64,000 nucleotides of DNA from Candidatus Limnocylindrales bacterium (GCA_038319665.1 JBBQDL010000006.1:2967-66966); one strand, 5' to 3'; counted from the first letter of the stretch, positions 9,082-20,860 are shown. Program-made: numbers and translations. Notes: a model not told the origin generated them from the sequence alone.

Positions 9082-10011
9082 TTATGGGGAATCGATCGGG
9101 CTGTCGGGCCGGTTCCCCCACTCCTCCCAGGAGCCCGCGTAGCTGCGGACATCGTCGAACCCGGCCAGCTCGTGCAGGACGAACCAGACCAGTGCCGCGC
9201 GCACGCCACCCTGGCAATAGGTGGCTCGGATCTCGGTCGGGTCGGCACCGCTGGCGCGCACCAGCGAGACCATCTCGTCGACGCCGCGGAACGTGCCTTC
9301 ATCAGTGAGGAGGTCCACGAAGCAGCGCTGTAGCGCGCCCGGGATGTGGCCGCCGCGGCGGGCGCGCAGGTCGACACCGACCCATTCGGCCGCGGTCCGG
9401 ACGTCGAGGATCCGAGTCGGGCCACCCGCCTTGGCGGCCTCGCGGCTCCAGCCGAGGACCTGCTCATAGGTCGCGATCAGCGCCTCGTCCCGTTCACCGA
9501 GCTTGGCCGGCTTGCGGAGCGCGTCGGCCAGGTCGGCTTCAGGCAGTTCCTTCGTCGTCTCGTGGCCGGCGCGCCGCCAGGCTTCGATCCCGCCGTCGAG
9601 GATGTGCAGCCGGTCAGCCGGGTATCGATAGAGACGCAGCAGCCAGTAACCCCGGATGGCTTGCCGGTTCAGCCCGATGTCATCGTAGAAGACGACCCGG
9701 TCGCCGTCGCCGACCCGCCATCGGCGGAGCACGCGTTCTGCCTCCTCGCGCGAGGGAACGAGCCACTCGCGTTCGGCATCGCCCGTCTCCGGGACCGTCC
9801 CCTTGAGGGCTAGCTCCTTGTGCAGGTCGCTATAGGGCGCGCCGACGATGTGGCGCTTGTCGTAGACACGCTTGTCGGGCGAGACATGGACGACCCGGAG
9901 GTCGGCGTCGCCGAGGTGGTCCGCCAGCCACGCGACCGAGACGAGCGGGCCAGGCCCGGCCGCCTCGGCTTTCTTCGAGGTTTTGGCGGGGGTCGCGGTC
10001 TTGCGCGGCAC
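9082..10011 (-). CDS. Two-domain sulfurtransferase (rhodanese)
   Basis: LVSVAWLADHL, ILDGGIEAW, GHIPGA, YCQGGVRA, YAGSWEEW. Confidence 0.92.
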   Translation of the reverse strand: MPRKTATPAKTSKKAEAAGPGPLVSVAWLADHLGDADLRVVHVSPDKRVYDKRHIVGAPYSDLHKELALKGTVPETGDAEREWLVPSREEAERVLRRWRVGDGDRVVFYDDIGLNRQAIRGYWLLRLYRYPADRLHILDGGIEAWRRAGHETTKELPEADLADALRKPAKLGERDEALIATYEQVLGWSREAAKAGGPTRILDVRTAAEWVGVDLRARRGGHIPGALQRCFVDLLTDEGTFRGVDEMVSLVRASGADPTEIRATYCQGGVRAALVWFVLHELAGFDDVRSYAGSWEEWGNRPDSPIDSP

Positions 10012-10016
10012 GCGGG

Positions 10017-11747
<1,731 letters not shown>

Positions 11748-11750
11748 GGG

Positions 11751-13676
11751 TTACCTCCGGTGGCTGGCGAGCAGCCGGGTCTGGTCTCGGCGCCGGTCCA
11801 GTGACAGGCGCATCTCATTGATCTGACGTCGTTCGAGCATCAACCGGGCGATCGCATCGCGGTCGCCGGCACGCTCGGCCTCCCCTTGGGCGGCCTCGTT
11901 GTAGTCGCTGCGGTCGCGCAGCTGGTCGTCCTCGAGCTCGAGCAGGAGGCGGGTGATCTCGTAGTCCAGGTGCGCCGGATCAAGCCCGCGCGCATCGGGG
12001 CCCGCCTTGGCATACAACGCGCGAGCGAGGGCCGCCGTTTCGTCGTCGAGCGAGAGCAGGAGCGCCGCCGCGTCGAAGGGTGGGTGGACCCCCTGGTCGT
12101 TCGGGGCGCGCTGGAAGACGATCGCCCTGAAGAGCTCGCGGGCGACCTCGCTCGGCAGTTGGTCGGGGCCGAGCTCGTTGACGACCCGGAGCTGCTCGTC
12201 GGGGACGAGCAGGAGAAGCCGGAGCAGCTCGGACTCGACCGGCGTGATGGCGCGCAGGATGTCATGGACGGGCAGCGCGTCCGGCGATGACAGGACGGCG
12301 TCGGCGCTCATCCTCGACTCGCCGTCATGATCGCCACCCGGACGGCCCGACGCGATCGGATTGCGCCCCGGCCGGTCGAGAACCTGCAGCAGGACGCGCT
12401 CCTCGACACCGGACACCCGGCGGACCTCGCCGAGCGCCTCATCTCGGCGGAGCGGGTCGGTGATGTTGCGGATGGCGGGCATGACGGCCTCGACGAACCC
12501 GATCCGCCCGGATGAGGTCTTGAGGTCGAACCGGCCCGCGTGGTGGTCGATCAAGTACTCCACGAGGGGCTTCGCCTTCGCGATCGCCGCCTCCCAGTCG
12601 GCTGGCGCCTCGCGGACGACCTCGTCGGGGTCTTTGCCATCGGGCAGCCGCGCGACCCGGACGTCCTCGAGCTTGACCCCCGAGGTGTCGCCCTGGAGCT
12701 GCCCGATGAGCCCGGCCAGCGCGGTCACGCCGAGCGTGCCCGCCTTCTCGCCCGCCGGATCGACGTCGTATGCCAGCGCGATCCGCGAGGTATAGCGCGT
12801 GAGCAACGCGACCTGGCCCGGCGTCAGCGCGGTGCCGAGGCTGGCTACGACGTTCTCGAAGCCGCCCTGGTGCGCCATCAGGGCATCCGTGTAGCCCTCG
12901 ACGATCACCGCCTGGCCTGACTTGCGGATCGCGCCCTTGGCCTTGTCGATGAGATAGAGCGTCCGACTCTTGTCGAACAGCGGGGTAGCCGGGGAGTTGA
13001 GGTACTTCGGCCCGTCGCCCTGGAGCAGCCGGCCACCGAGACCGACCGCGTGGCCATTCTGGTCGCGGATCGGGAACAGGACGCGCTCGCGGAACTTGTC
13101 GTAGATGCCGCCGCGGCCGCTCTGGCGCGGCGAGGCGAGACCGACCTCGAGGAGTTCCTCGGGGCGGACGTCTCTTTTGGCACCGAGCGTCCGGGTCATC
13201 TGGTCCCAGCCGGCCGGGGCCCAACCGAGCTGGTGGGTGGCGATCGTCTCGTCGCTGAATCCGCGCCCATGGAGGTAGTCGAGCGCGGTCGCACCCGGCC
13301 TAGATGAGGTAAGCACGGCGTGGTAGAAGGCGATCGCGCTGTCCAGGACCTGACGGAGGCGGGCTTTGTGTGCGTCCTCGCGCTTCGTGCGCTCGTCGAT
13401 CTCGACGCCGGCGCGCTGGGCCAGCGTCCGGAGGGCCTCGGGGAAGGTCACGCCGTCGCGCTGCATCACGAAGCTGAAGATGTCGCCGCCCAGGCCGCAG
13501 CCGAAGCAGTGCCAGGTCTCACGCGCGGGGGTGACGACGAACGACGGTGTCTTCTCGCCGTGGAACGGGCACAACCCCTTGTAGGTGGTGCCCGCCTTCT
13601 TCAGGCTGACCGAGTCGCCGACCACCTCGACGACGGACACCTTGTTCTTCACTTCGGCCGCGACACCGACCGCCAA
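11751..13676 (-). CDS. dnaG: DNA primase
   Basis: CPFHGEKTPSF..CFGC zinc finger, PKYLNSP, VEGYTD, GKDPDE; TTG start after GGAGG. Confidence 0.96.
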   Translation of the reverse strand: MAVGVAAEVKNKVSVVEVVGDSVSLKKAGTTYKGLCPFHGEKTPSFVVTPARETWHCFGCGLGGDIFSFVMQRDGVTFPEALRTLAQRAGVEIDERTKREDAHKARLRQVLDSAIAFYHAVLTSSRPGATALDYLHGRGFSDETIATHQLGWAPAGWDQMTRTLGAKRDVRPEELLEVGLASPRQSGRGGIYDKFRERVLFPIRDQNGHAVGLGGRLLQGDGPKYLNSPATPLFDKSRTLYLIDKAKGAIRKSGQAVIVEGYTDALMAHQGGFENVVASLGTALTPGQVALLTRYTSRIALAYDVDPAGEKAGTLGVTALAGLIGQLQGDTSGVKLEDVRVARLPDGKDPDEVVREAPADWEAAIAKAKPLVEYLIDHHAGRFDLKTSSGRIGFVEAVMPAIRNITDPLRRDEALGEVRRVSGVEERVLLQVLDRPGRNPIASGRPGGDHDGESRMSADAVLSSPDALPVHDILRAITPVESELLRLLLLVPDEQLRVVNELGPDQLPSEVARELFRAIVFQRAPNDQGVHPPFDAAALLLSLDDETAALARALYAKAGPDARGLDPAHLDYEITRLLLELEDDQLRDRSDYNEAAQGEAERAGDRDAIARLMLERRQINEMRLSLDRRRDQTRLLASHRR

Positions 13677-13712
13677 ACGGCGCCTCCCTGGGGCTGGACA
13701 TGGCTGTGGGCC

Positions 13713-13784
13713 TGTCAAGTCTTGACAAGCCCTTCGAGGGGTAGTATCGGTCATGCGGACCCCATTTGTCAACCCTCTTGTCAA
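13713..13784. promoter_or_regulatory. Divergent promoter region with TGTCAAG-T-CTTGACA palindrome and two more TTGTCAA copies
   Basis: Palindrome 13713-13727; TTGTCAA at 13766 and 13778; minus-strand TTGACA-N18-GATACT points at dnaG. Confidence 0.55.
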
Positions 13785-13807
13785 TACCCGGTGGGAGTAT
13801 CAGCCCC

Positions 13808-14248
13808 GTGCCAGTCGACCTGGAACGCTTCCTGGCCGGACAGCAGCCCGCCTACGCCGCCGCGCTCACGGAGCTGCGCCAGGGTCGCAAGAAGGGCCAT
13901 TGGATCTGGTTCGTCTTCCCGCAACTCGCCGGCCTCGGGCGCAGTGAGATGTCTCGGTATTACGGCATCGCGTCCATGGCCGAGGCGCGGGCGTATCTCG
14001 CCCACCCGGTGCTGGGCGCGCGCCTGTACGAGTGCGCGGCCGTCGTCCTGGCGTCAGACGGGCGAACGGCCCTGGAGATCTTCGGCTCGATCGACGCGAT
14101 GAAGGTCCGCTCGTGCATGACCCTGTTCCACCGCGCCGCGCCGGACGATCCCATGTTCGCCGCCGTGCTCGACCGCTACTTCGGCGGTCTCCCCGACGAG
14201 GTCACCGACGCGCTGCTGGGTTGTCGTCAGCCGGAACGTAACGAGTAG
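13808..14248 (+). CDS. DUF1810 family protein
   Basis: DLERF..ELRQGRKKGHWIWFVFPQ, EARAYLAHPVLGARL, IFGSIDAMKVRSCMTLF. Confidence 0.88.
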   Translation: MPVDLERFLAGQQPAYAAALTELRQGRKKGHWIWFVFPQLAGLGRSEMSRYYGIASMAEARAYLAHPVLGARLYECAAVVLASDGRTALEIFGSIDAMKVRSCMTLFHRAAPDDPMFAAVLDRYFGGLPDEVTDALLGCRQPERNE

Positions 14249-14257
14249 AGTTAGCCC

Positions 14258-14623
14258 ATGGAAGAATCAGCCGTTCGCGAGCGTGCCGAGGCCATGTGCG
14301 CGGCGCTCGTCGCCGGAGACGTGGATCAGGCGATCACGGACTTCAGCCCGGAGCTGCGGCGAAACCTTGGCGAGGTCCTGGCACTGCTGCCGCTCCCGTC
14401 CGTCGAAGCCACCGTCGACTCGATCGAGCGTGGTGGTTCGGGCTTCGTCGTCGTCCTCCGTCTGGTCGGTGAGTCCGAGGAAGTCATGATCCAGACGCGC
14501 TGGAAGGACCGCGACGGCGAGCCGACGATGATCGAGCTGAGCCACCTCAGCAAGACCGTGGCCGCGCCCCTGGCCGTGGGCGACGAGACCGAGGTCGACG
14601 GCGGAGAAGCCTCGGCGGTCTGA
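14258..14623 (+). CDS. Hypothetical protein, 121 aa
   Basis: Normal codon bias; TAGAGT -10-like element 6 nt before ATG. Confidence 0.72.
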   Translation: MEESAVRERAEAMCAALVAGDVDQAITDFSPELRRNLGEVLALLPLPSVEATVDSIERGGSGFVVVLRLVGESEEVMIQTRWKDRDGEPTMIELSHLSKTVAAPLAVGDETEVDGGEASAV

Positions 14624-14736
14624 AACGAAAAGGTCGGCATCCTCCGCCCCGAGTGCGCGGTCCGTAACGGTTTTGCAATGGGCGGTGTGGTCCACTTGCG
14701 GACTGACGCGTCACCGATCGCAACGGGAGGGCAGCA

Positions 14737-14973
14737 GTGTCCACGACCCTTGTCCTCAATCCTCGCGACGATGGCCGATTCGTCGCGCTCGCGGAGGCGC
14801 TGGCGTCGGACGGCGCCGATACCCCGCTCGAGTTGCAGGAACGGCTCCGTCGCGACTATCCCGAGGCGGTCGTCCGAGCGCGTGAGCTCACGGGCGAGGC
14901 CTTCACGATCTGGTATGTCTACCGGGATGGTCATTGGGTCCCGGGCCTCGCAGGGGCACCGGGGGGAGGTTGA
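14737..14973 (+). CDS. Small hypothetical protein, 78 aa
   Basis: GGAGG RBS; protein-like sequence with WYVYRDGHW. Confidence 0.7.
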   Translation: MSTTLVLNPRDDGRFVALAEALASDGADTPLELQERLRRDYPEAVVRARELTGEAFTIWYVYRDGHWVPGLAGAPGGG

Positions 14974-14976
14974 GGG

Positions 14977-15204
14977 ATGTCCGAACTCGAGCACGACCTG
15001 CGAGCGACCGCGGAGGACATCGCGGCAGACGCCGCGCGACTGACCGGCATCGAGGAGGAGAAGGCCGGCATGGAGCCTGACGATCCTCGGCTGCTGGAAC
15101 TAAGCGCGGAGAGCGAGCGCCTCGCGCGGCGGATCGTCCCAAAGACGGCCGCCGAGCGTGAGCTGGCGGAGCGCGCCGCCGAGCCAGGTGCCGCGACGGA
15201 TTGA
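14977..15204 (+). CDS. Small helical hypothetical protein, 75 aa
   Basis: 3 nt after previous stop, purine-rich RBS, charged helical composition. Confidence 0.68.
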   Translation: MSELEHDLRATAEDIAADAARLTGIEEEKAGMEPDDPRLLELSAESERLARRIVPKTAAERELAERAAEPGAATD

Positions 15205-15208
15205 TGCA

Positions 15209-15228
15209 GCCGGTGCCGCCAGGCACCG
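15209..15228 (+). terminator. GC-rich hairpin after the two small genes
   Basis: CCGGTGCC-GCCA-GGCACCGG; no U-tract. Confidence 0.35.
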
Positions 15229-15306
15229 GAAGGTCGGGTCGTCCCGACCCAGGGACGTTCGGGTGATTCGACGGCGGCTCGCGATGGGCTACGGTCGGTC
15301 GCGACC

Positions 15307-16371
15307 ATGCGATATCCACGCGCCGTCATGATCTCGGGTACCAGGGTCCTTCGGCGGTCCGTGCTGGCGGGCGCGCTGGGCACAGCGTTCATGCTCGTCG
15401 CCATGCCCCGTGTCGCGGCCGCCGCGGACCCGTCCCCGGGCGCATCGGCCTCGAGCGTGCCGACGGCGACGCCCGGTCCGACCGCGACGGCGATCCCGGC
15501 CGCGACAGCGACTCCGACCGCGACGGCCACGACGACGCCGAACCCGACCCCGACCGCTGCCGCGACGCCGACGCCGGCTCCCACCGCGACCCCGGCGCCT
15601 GTAGCGACTCCTTCACCGACACCCGGCCCGACGCCTGCCCCGACCCCCACTCCCGTGCCGGTCGGGGCTCGGGCGATGAACCTGTTCGTGGCTGCCCAGT
15701 TCCGCTTCCAGAACCCCAATTGGGCCGCCTGCACGGCGACCTCGGTCCGGTCCATGCTCAATTTCATCGCCGTCCACCGGACCGGCGGTCCCGGGTTCGT
15801 GTGGCGACCGAACATCTGGGGTTCGACCCGCGACCACATCCTCGCCTGGGAGCGCGTCCACGACACGATGACCGGCGGCTCGGGCTCCGACCCGCACGGC
15901 TGGCGAAACGCCCTGAACGACTTCGGCTGGGGATCGGGCGCGATGGTCGCGGGCTCGCGGGTCTACGAGGATGTCTCGTTTTCGACCTACGACGGGGCGA
16001 TGAAGACGGCCGTTCGGGCGCTGATCGCCACCCGCAAACCGGTCGGCATGCTCGGCTGGCGCGGTAAGCACGCTCAGATGCTTACCGGCTACTACGGCCT
16101 GGTCGGCAACCCGTTCGCGCGGGACGCGGCAGGTCATTACACGAACGCCTTCAGCGTGGTCGGCTTCTTCATCACCGACCCGCTCCGCGCATCTCGTGAG
16201 GTCAACCTGAAGATCGACTACAAGGGATTGCGCTACACGGGCAACTACCGCAAGCGCTTCCAGCGGTACTACCAGACCGACAGCCTGCTCGACGACCCGT
16301 ACACGCCGGGCTTCCGGGTGTCGAAGGACGAGTGGTACGGCCGCTACGTGCTGATCCTGCCCATCCGCTAG
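15307..16371 (+). CDS. Secreted protein with Pro/Thr linker and papain/C39-like cysteine peptidase domain
   Basis: Signal-like N-terminus, PT-rich linker, then Q..WAACTATSVRSMLN, GKHAQMLTGY, ITDP (Cys-His-Asp order). Confidence 0.65.
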   Translation: MRYPRAVMISGTRVLRRSVLAGALGTAFMLVAMPRVAAAADPSPGASASSVPTATPGPTATAIPAATATPTATATTTPNPTPTAAATPTPAPTATPAPVATPSPTPGPTPAPTPTPVPVGARAMNLFVAAQFRFQNPNWAACTATSVRSMLNFIAVHRTGGPGFVWRPNIWGSTRDHILAWERVHDTMTGGSGSDPHGWRNALNDFGWGSGAMVAGSRVYEDVSFSTYDGAMKTAVRALIATRKPVGMLGWRGKHAQMLTGYYGLVGNPFARDAAGHYTNAFSVVGFFITDPLRASREVNLKIDYKGLRYTGNYRKRFQRYYQTDSLLDDPYTPGFRVSKDEWYGRYVLILPIR

Positions 16372-16374
16372 CGT

Positions 16375-17472
16375 TTGGCGATGCTCGGTCCCCGCGCGCT
16401 CAATCGTGCGCTGCTGGCTCGACAGTCCCTCCTCGAACGCCGATCGATGACCGCCATCGTCGCGATCGAGCACCTGGTCGGGCTCCAGGCGCAGGCGCCG
16501 CTCGCCCCCTACGTCGCCCTTTGGTCGCGGCTGGTCGATTTCGATCCCGCCGATCTGTCGAAGGCGATCATCGAACGGCGAGCCGTCCGAACCTCGCTCA
16601 TGCGGGCGACCATCCACCTCGTGAGCGCTCGGGATGCCCTCTACCTGTGGCCGACGTCCAGCCCGTCCTCGAGCGAGGGTTCCGCTCGAGCGTCTTCGGG
16701 CGCCACGCACGCGGCGTCGACCTCGCCGATGTCCTGGCGGCCGGGCGCGCGCTCCTCGACGAACGCCCGCGGACGAGTCCGCAGCTCGCGTCGCTCCTGG
16801 TCGAGCGCTGGCCCGACATCCCTCCAGACTCTTTGACCTTTGCCGTCGGCTACCTCGTGCCGCTCGTCCATATCCCGCCAAGGGGCGTCTGGGGCACCAG
16901 CGGACCGATCGCCCGGACGACCACGGAGGGATGGCTCGGACGACCGCTGGAGCGCGACCCGGCACCCGACGCGATGGTCCTTCGCTACCTTGGGGCGTTC
17001 GGACCCGCGAGCGTCATGGACGTGCAGGCGTGGTCCGGCCTGACCCGCCTGCGCGAGGTCGTGGAACGGCTACGACCGGGGTTGCGCACCTTCCGCGACG
17101 CTCGGGGTCGCGAGCTCTTCGACCTCCCCGACGCTCCTCGACCGGATCCCGAGACCCCTGCCCCGCCCCGGTTCCTGCCCGAGTACGACAACATCCTGCT
17201 CGGGCACGCCGATCGAACGAGGATCATCCCGAGCGGTCGCGGCATCCCGCTGGCGCCGGGAAACGGCGCGAGGATGGGCTCGATCCTGCTCGATGGCACC
17301 TTCGCCGGCACGTGGCGGATCGCCCGGAGCGAGCGACCGACCCTCACCATCGAACCATTCGAACCGGATCGGGCCGGCCGAGCGTACGGTCGTCGAGGAA
17401 GAAGCGGCGCGACTCCTCGAATTCGCCGCCGGCGGTGAGGGCGAGATCATCGTTCGGGCGCCGACCTCGTAG
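16375..17472 (+). pseudogene. AlkZ/HTH_42 family winged-helix DNA glycosylase with two frameshifts
   Basis: LNRALLARQ..GLQAQ..MRATIHLV in one frame; RYLGAFGPAS..WSGL..FLPEYDN in a second; VEEEAARLLEF in the first frame again. Confidence 0.8.
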
Positions 17473-17546
17473 ACTGCGGGCGGCCGGCCGCGTCACCCCG
17501 GCCGCGGTCATCCCATCACAGCGAACCTCGAGGGAGTCCCGATCCG

Positions 17547-19922
17547 ATGTCGACGAACCCATCCAGCCACCCAGCGGGCGAGCCCGCCACCGTCCGCATC
17601 GCGATGTGGAGCGCCCGCCATCGCTGGCCGGTCGTGGCGCTGTGGTTCGTGGCAACGATCGGGCTGTTCGTGTTCAGCCTGGCGATGGGCGGGATCAATG
17701 CGGCCGATGCGAACGCGAACCCCAACGAACGGAAGCTCGAGGCGAGCGCGGCCTACGACGTGTTCAACGCCGGGGGCACCAACGACCCGTACGAGCAGGT
17801 CCTCGTCCTCATCGGCGGAGCCCCGGGCGCGACTTCCGACCCGGCCTTCAAGGCGATGGTCGGCGATCTGGCGGCTGCGCTCAAGTCGGCCAACGCTCCG
17901 CTGGTCGGCGCGCAGACGCCGACCTTCGACCAGCTGGTCGATCCCTTCGCGGCGCCGCCCGAAGCCGGCCTGGTGTCGGCCGATGGCTCGACCGTCCGGA
18001 TCGTCGGTCGGATCAACGGCGACAAGGAGCGGGTGACGCCGCTGATCGCCCCGGTCCGGCCGATCGTCGATGCGGCGAAGGCAGCCCACCCCGACCTGCG
18101 GATCCACACCATCAGCAGCACGTTCATCAACGACGACATCAACGCGCTCATCAACACCGGACTCGATGACAGTCTCAAGCTGACGATCCCGCTGACGTTC
18201 ATCATCCTGCTCGTCGCGTTCGGGGCGATCGTCGCCTCGGTCGTCCCGCTCCTGCTGGCCATCACGTCGCTCCTGGCCGCGTTCGGCATCCTCGGCATCT
18301 ACAGCCAGATCGCAGGCGCGGTGAGTCCCAACGCGACCCAGCTGATCGTGCTCATCGGCCTCGCCGTCGCGGTCGACTATTCGCTGTTCATGATCACCCG
18401 CTTCCGGGTCGAGCGACGAGCCGGTCGCGATCGGTCGAAGGCGATCGAGGTCTCGAGCAGCACCGCCGGACGAGCGGTCTTCTTTTCGGGGCTGGCGGTG
18501 ATGATCTCGCTGGCCGGGCTCATCACCCTGGGCGTCTCGCTCTTCACCTCGATGGCCATCGGCACCATCTCGGTCGTCCTCGTGTCCGTCATCGGCAGCC
18601 TCACGTTCCTGCCGGCGGTCCTGTCGATCCTGGGCGACCGGGTGAACGCCGGCCGCCCATCGACCTGGCTGCCACGGCTGGCAGCGGCGTTGCCCCTCGG
18701 CCCGATCAGCGCATGGGGCCGTTCCGCGCGCGGCTGGCTCGACCGGCGCGCGGCGCGACCCGAGGGCAGCGGCTTCTGGGCGACCCTCGTCAACGCGGTC
18801 ATGGCCCGGCCGATCGTGATGACCGTCGCCTCGGCGGCGCTCCTGCTCGCGCTCGCCCTCCCCGTCCTCCAGCTGCGGACGGGGATCACCGACATCACCG
18901 GGTTCCCCGACTCGATCGACGGGGTGGCCGGCATCAAGCTCCTCAACGAGAAGTGGCCGCAGGGCCTCGAGCTCCAGCTGGCGGTCGTCGTCACTGACGC
19001 CGACAAGCCCGCCACGCAAGCCGCGATCGCGACGCTCAAGACCGAGGGCCTCAAGCTGCCCGGCTTGAGTGAGCCGGTGGACGTCACGCCGTCGCGCGAC
19101 GGCAAGGTGGCGATGGTCACCTTCACGATGGCCGGCGGCCAGAACGACGATGCCAACCGGCAGCTCGTCCGCCAGGCCCGGACCCAGCTTACGCCGGCGG
19201 TCTTCGGCGGCCTGCCCGATGTCAAGACCTACGTCACGGGCGACGCGGCGTTCTCGGTCGACGTCACCAAGGTCTACGCCGACGGGACGCCGCTGATCTT
19301 CGTCTTCGTGCTCGGACTTTCGTTCCTGCTGATGCTCATCGCCTTCCATTCGATCGTGATCCCAGTCAAGGCGATCCTGCTCAACCTGCTCTCGGCGGGC
19401 GCGGCCTATGGCGTCCTGGTCCTCGTCTTCCAGGACGGTTTCATGGCGGCGCCGCTGGGCATCACCTCGGGTGGGGTGATCGAGAGCTGGGTCCCGATCT
19501 TCATCTTCACGATCCTGTTCGGTTTGTCGATGGACTACCACCTGTTCATCCTGACCCGGATCAAGGAGGCGAGGGATCGCGGGCTGGCCTCGCGCCCTGC
19601 CGTCGCCAAGGGGATCTCCGTGACCTCGGGGACGATCACCAGCGCGGCCTCGATCATGGTCGTGGTCTTCGCGGTCTTCGTGAGCCTCAAGTTCGTCTTC
19701 ATCCAGGAGCTCGGGCTCGGGCTGGCGGTCGCCGTGTTCATCGATGCGACGGTCATCCGGTGCGTCCTCCTGCCGGCCACGATGACGCTGCTAGGCGACT
19801 GGAACTGGTGGATGCCCCGCTTCCTCGACTGGATCCCGCGAGTCACGATCGAGGGCGACCCGGACGAGCCGGTCGAACCGATGGAGCCGGGCGAGACCGG
19901 GACGGCCGGGGCGACCGCCTGA
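17547..19922 (+). CDS. MMPL family (RND) transporter
   Basis: IGLAVAVDYSLF, TAGRAVFFSG, LFGLSMDYHLF, LLGDWNWW. Confidence 0.93.
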   Translation: MSTNPSSHPAGEPATVRIAMWSARHRWPVVALWFVATIGLFVFSLAMGGINAADANANPNERKLEASAAYDVFNAGGTNDPYEQVLVLIGGAPGATSDPAFKAMVGDLAAALKSANAPLVGAQTPTFDQLVDPFAAPPEAGLVSADGSTVRIVGRINGDKERVTPLIAPVRPIVDAAKAAHPDLRIHTISSTFINDDINALINTGLDDSLKLTIPLTFIILLVAFGAIVASVVPLLLAITSLLAAFGILGIYSQIAGAVSPNATQLIVLIGLAVAVDYSLFMITRFRVERRAGRDRSKAIEVSSSTAGRAVFFSGLAVMISLAGLITLGVSLFTSMAIGTISVVLVSVIGSLTFLPAVLSILGDRVNAGRPSTWLPRLAAALPLGPISAWGRSARGWLDRRAARPEGSGFWATLVNAVMARPIVMTVASAALLLALALPVLQLRTGITDITGFPDSIDGVAGIKLLNEKWPQGLELQLAVVVTDADKPATQAAIATLKTEGLKLPGLSEPVDVTPSRDGKVAMVTFTMAGGQNDDANRQLVRQARTQLTPAVFGGLPDVKTYVTGDAAFSVDVTKVYADGTPLIFVFVLGLSFLLMLIAFHSIVIPVKAILLNLLSAGAAYGVLVLVFQDGFMAAPLGITSGGVIESWVPIFIFTILFGLSMDYHLFILTRIKEARDRGLASRPAVAKGISVTSGTITSAASIMVVVFAVFVSLKFVFIQELGLGLAVAVFIDATVIRCVLLPATMTLLGDWNWWMPRFLDWIPRVTIEGDPDEPVEPMEPGETGTAGATA

Positions 19923-20104
19923 GCGGACAAGGTGAACCCATCGCCATCCGATCTTGATCGTCCGGCGGCGAGGGGTTGCGAGACCGAAGAGGACACATTT
20001 CCCGGAGGGGCGGGGTGATGGTCGACCCTTCCGATTTCGCTACCCGAACGTAAGGCAACCCCGTGGCGGGTCGCGAGGATGAAAACCCGCGTTTCCGCGG
20101 ACGA

Positions 20105-20710
20105 TCAGGTCTCGTCGATCCAGCCCTGGCGGAGGGCCAGCCGGGCGAGCGCGGTCCGGCTCGTCACGTCGTAGCGATCGAACAGCCGGCGGAGCTGGCT
20201 TTCGACGGTCTTGACCCGCAGTGACAGGCGCTCGGCGATCTCGACGTTGGCCAGTCCCTCGGCGACCAGGCCGATGATCTCCAGCTCGCGGATGGTCGGG
20301 AGGCGGAGCGCCTCCTTCGCCGATCGTCGGGTGTCGATCGGGTAGGCCGTCCCGCCCGCGGCGACCGCCCGGATCGCATCGAGGATCTGTTCGACGGTCG
20401 CCATCTTGGACAGGTAGCCCATCGCGCCCAGGTCGACTGCTCGGGCGTGGTAGCTGGGATACGACGCGACCGTCAGCATGATGAAGGCCGGCCGCGGGGC
20501 GAAGCGGCGGACGAGGTCGAACCCATCGTCATCGTGGGCGAGGGCGACGTCACACAGGACCACGTCGGGCGTCTCGCGTTCGATGAGCAGCGCAGCCGCG
20601 GCGAGGTCCGGAGCCGTCCCGACGACATCGACGTCGGCCGAGCCGCGGATCAGCGTGGCGAGGCCGTCCGCGAGCGCCGGGTGGTCCTCGACGATCGCGA
20701 GCCGGATCAC
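20105..20710 (-). CDS. NarL/FixJ family response regulator (no adjacent kinase)
   Basis: VEDHP, DVVLCD, GYLSK, LuxR HTH GLANVEIAERLSLRVKTVE. Confidence 0.9.
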   Translation of the reverse strand: MIRLAIVEDHPALADGLATLIRGSADVDVVGTAPDLAAAALLIERETPDVVLCDVALAHDDDGFDLVRRFAPRPAFIMLTVASYPSYHARAVDLGAMGYLSKMATVEQILDAIRAVAAGGTAYPIDTRRSAKEALRLPTIRELEIIGLVAEGLANVEIAERLSLRVKTVESQLRRLFDRYDVTSRTALARLALRQGWIDET

Positions 20711-20860
20711 GACGACCGCGCCTAGACGTCGATCGCGCGCGACAGGGAGGAGTCATCGTCGCGATCCGGCGCCCCGCCGACGTTCGGGCGGAGGAGAGAA
20801 CACGGTCATCCTGCGTCCGCCGTGTTAGACGACGATGAGAATGGGCCGACCCCGCGCGGG

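Noticed and set aside
15450-15660. CCGACG/CCGACC repeats
   Set aside because: Pro/Thr linker of a secreted protein.
20754-20843. TCATCGTCG/CGACGATGA inverted repeat with GATGAGAAT
   Set aside because: Arm order is opposite to the hairpin family and only one partial arm matches.
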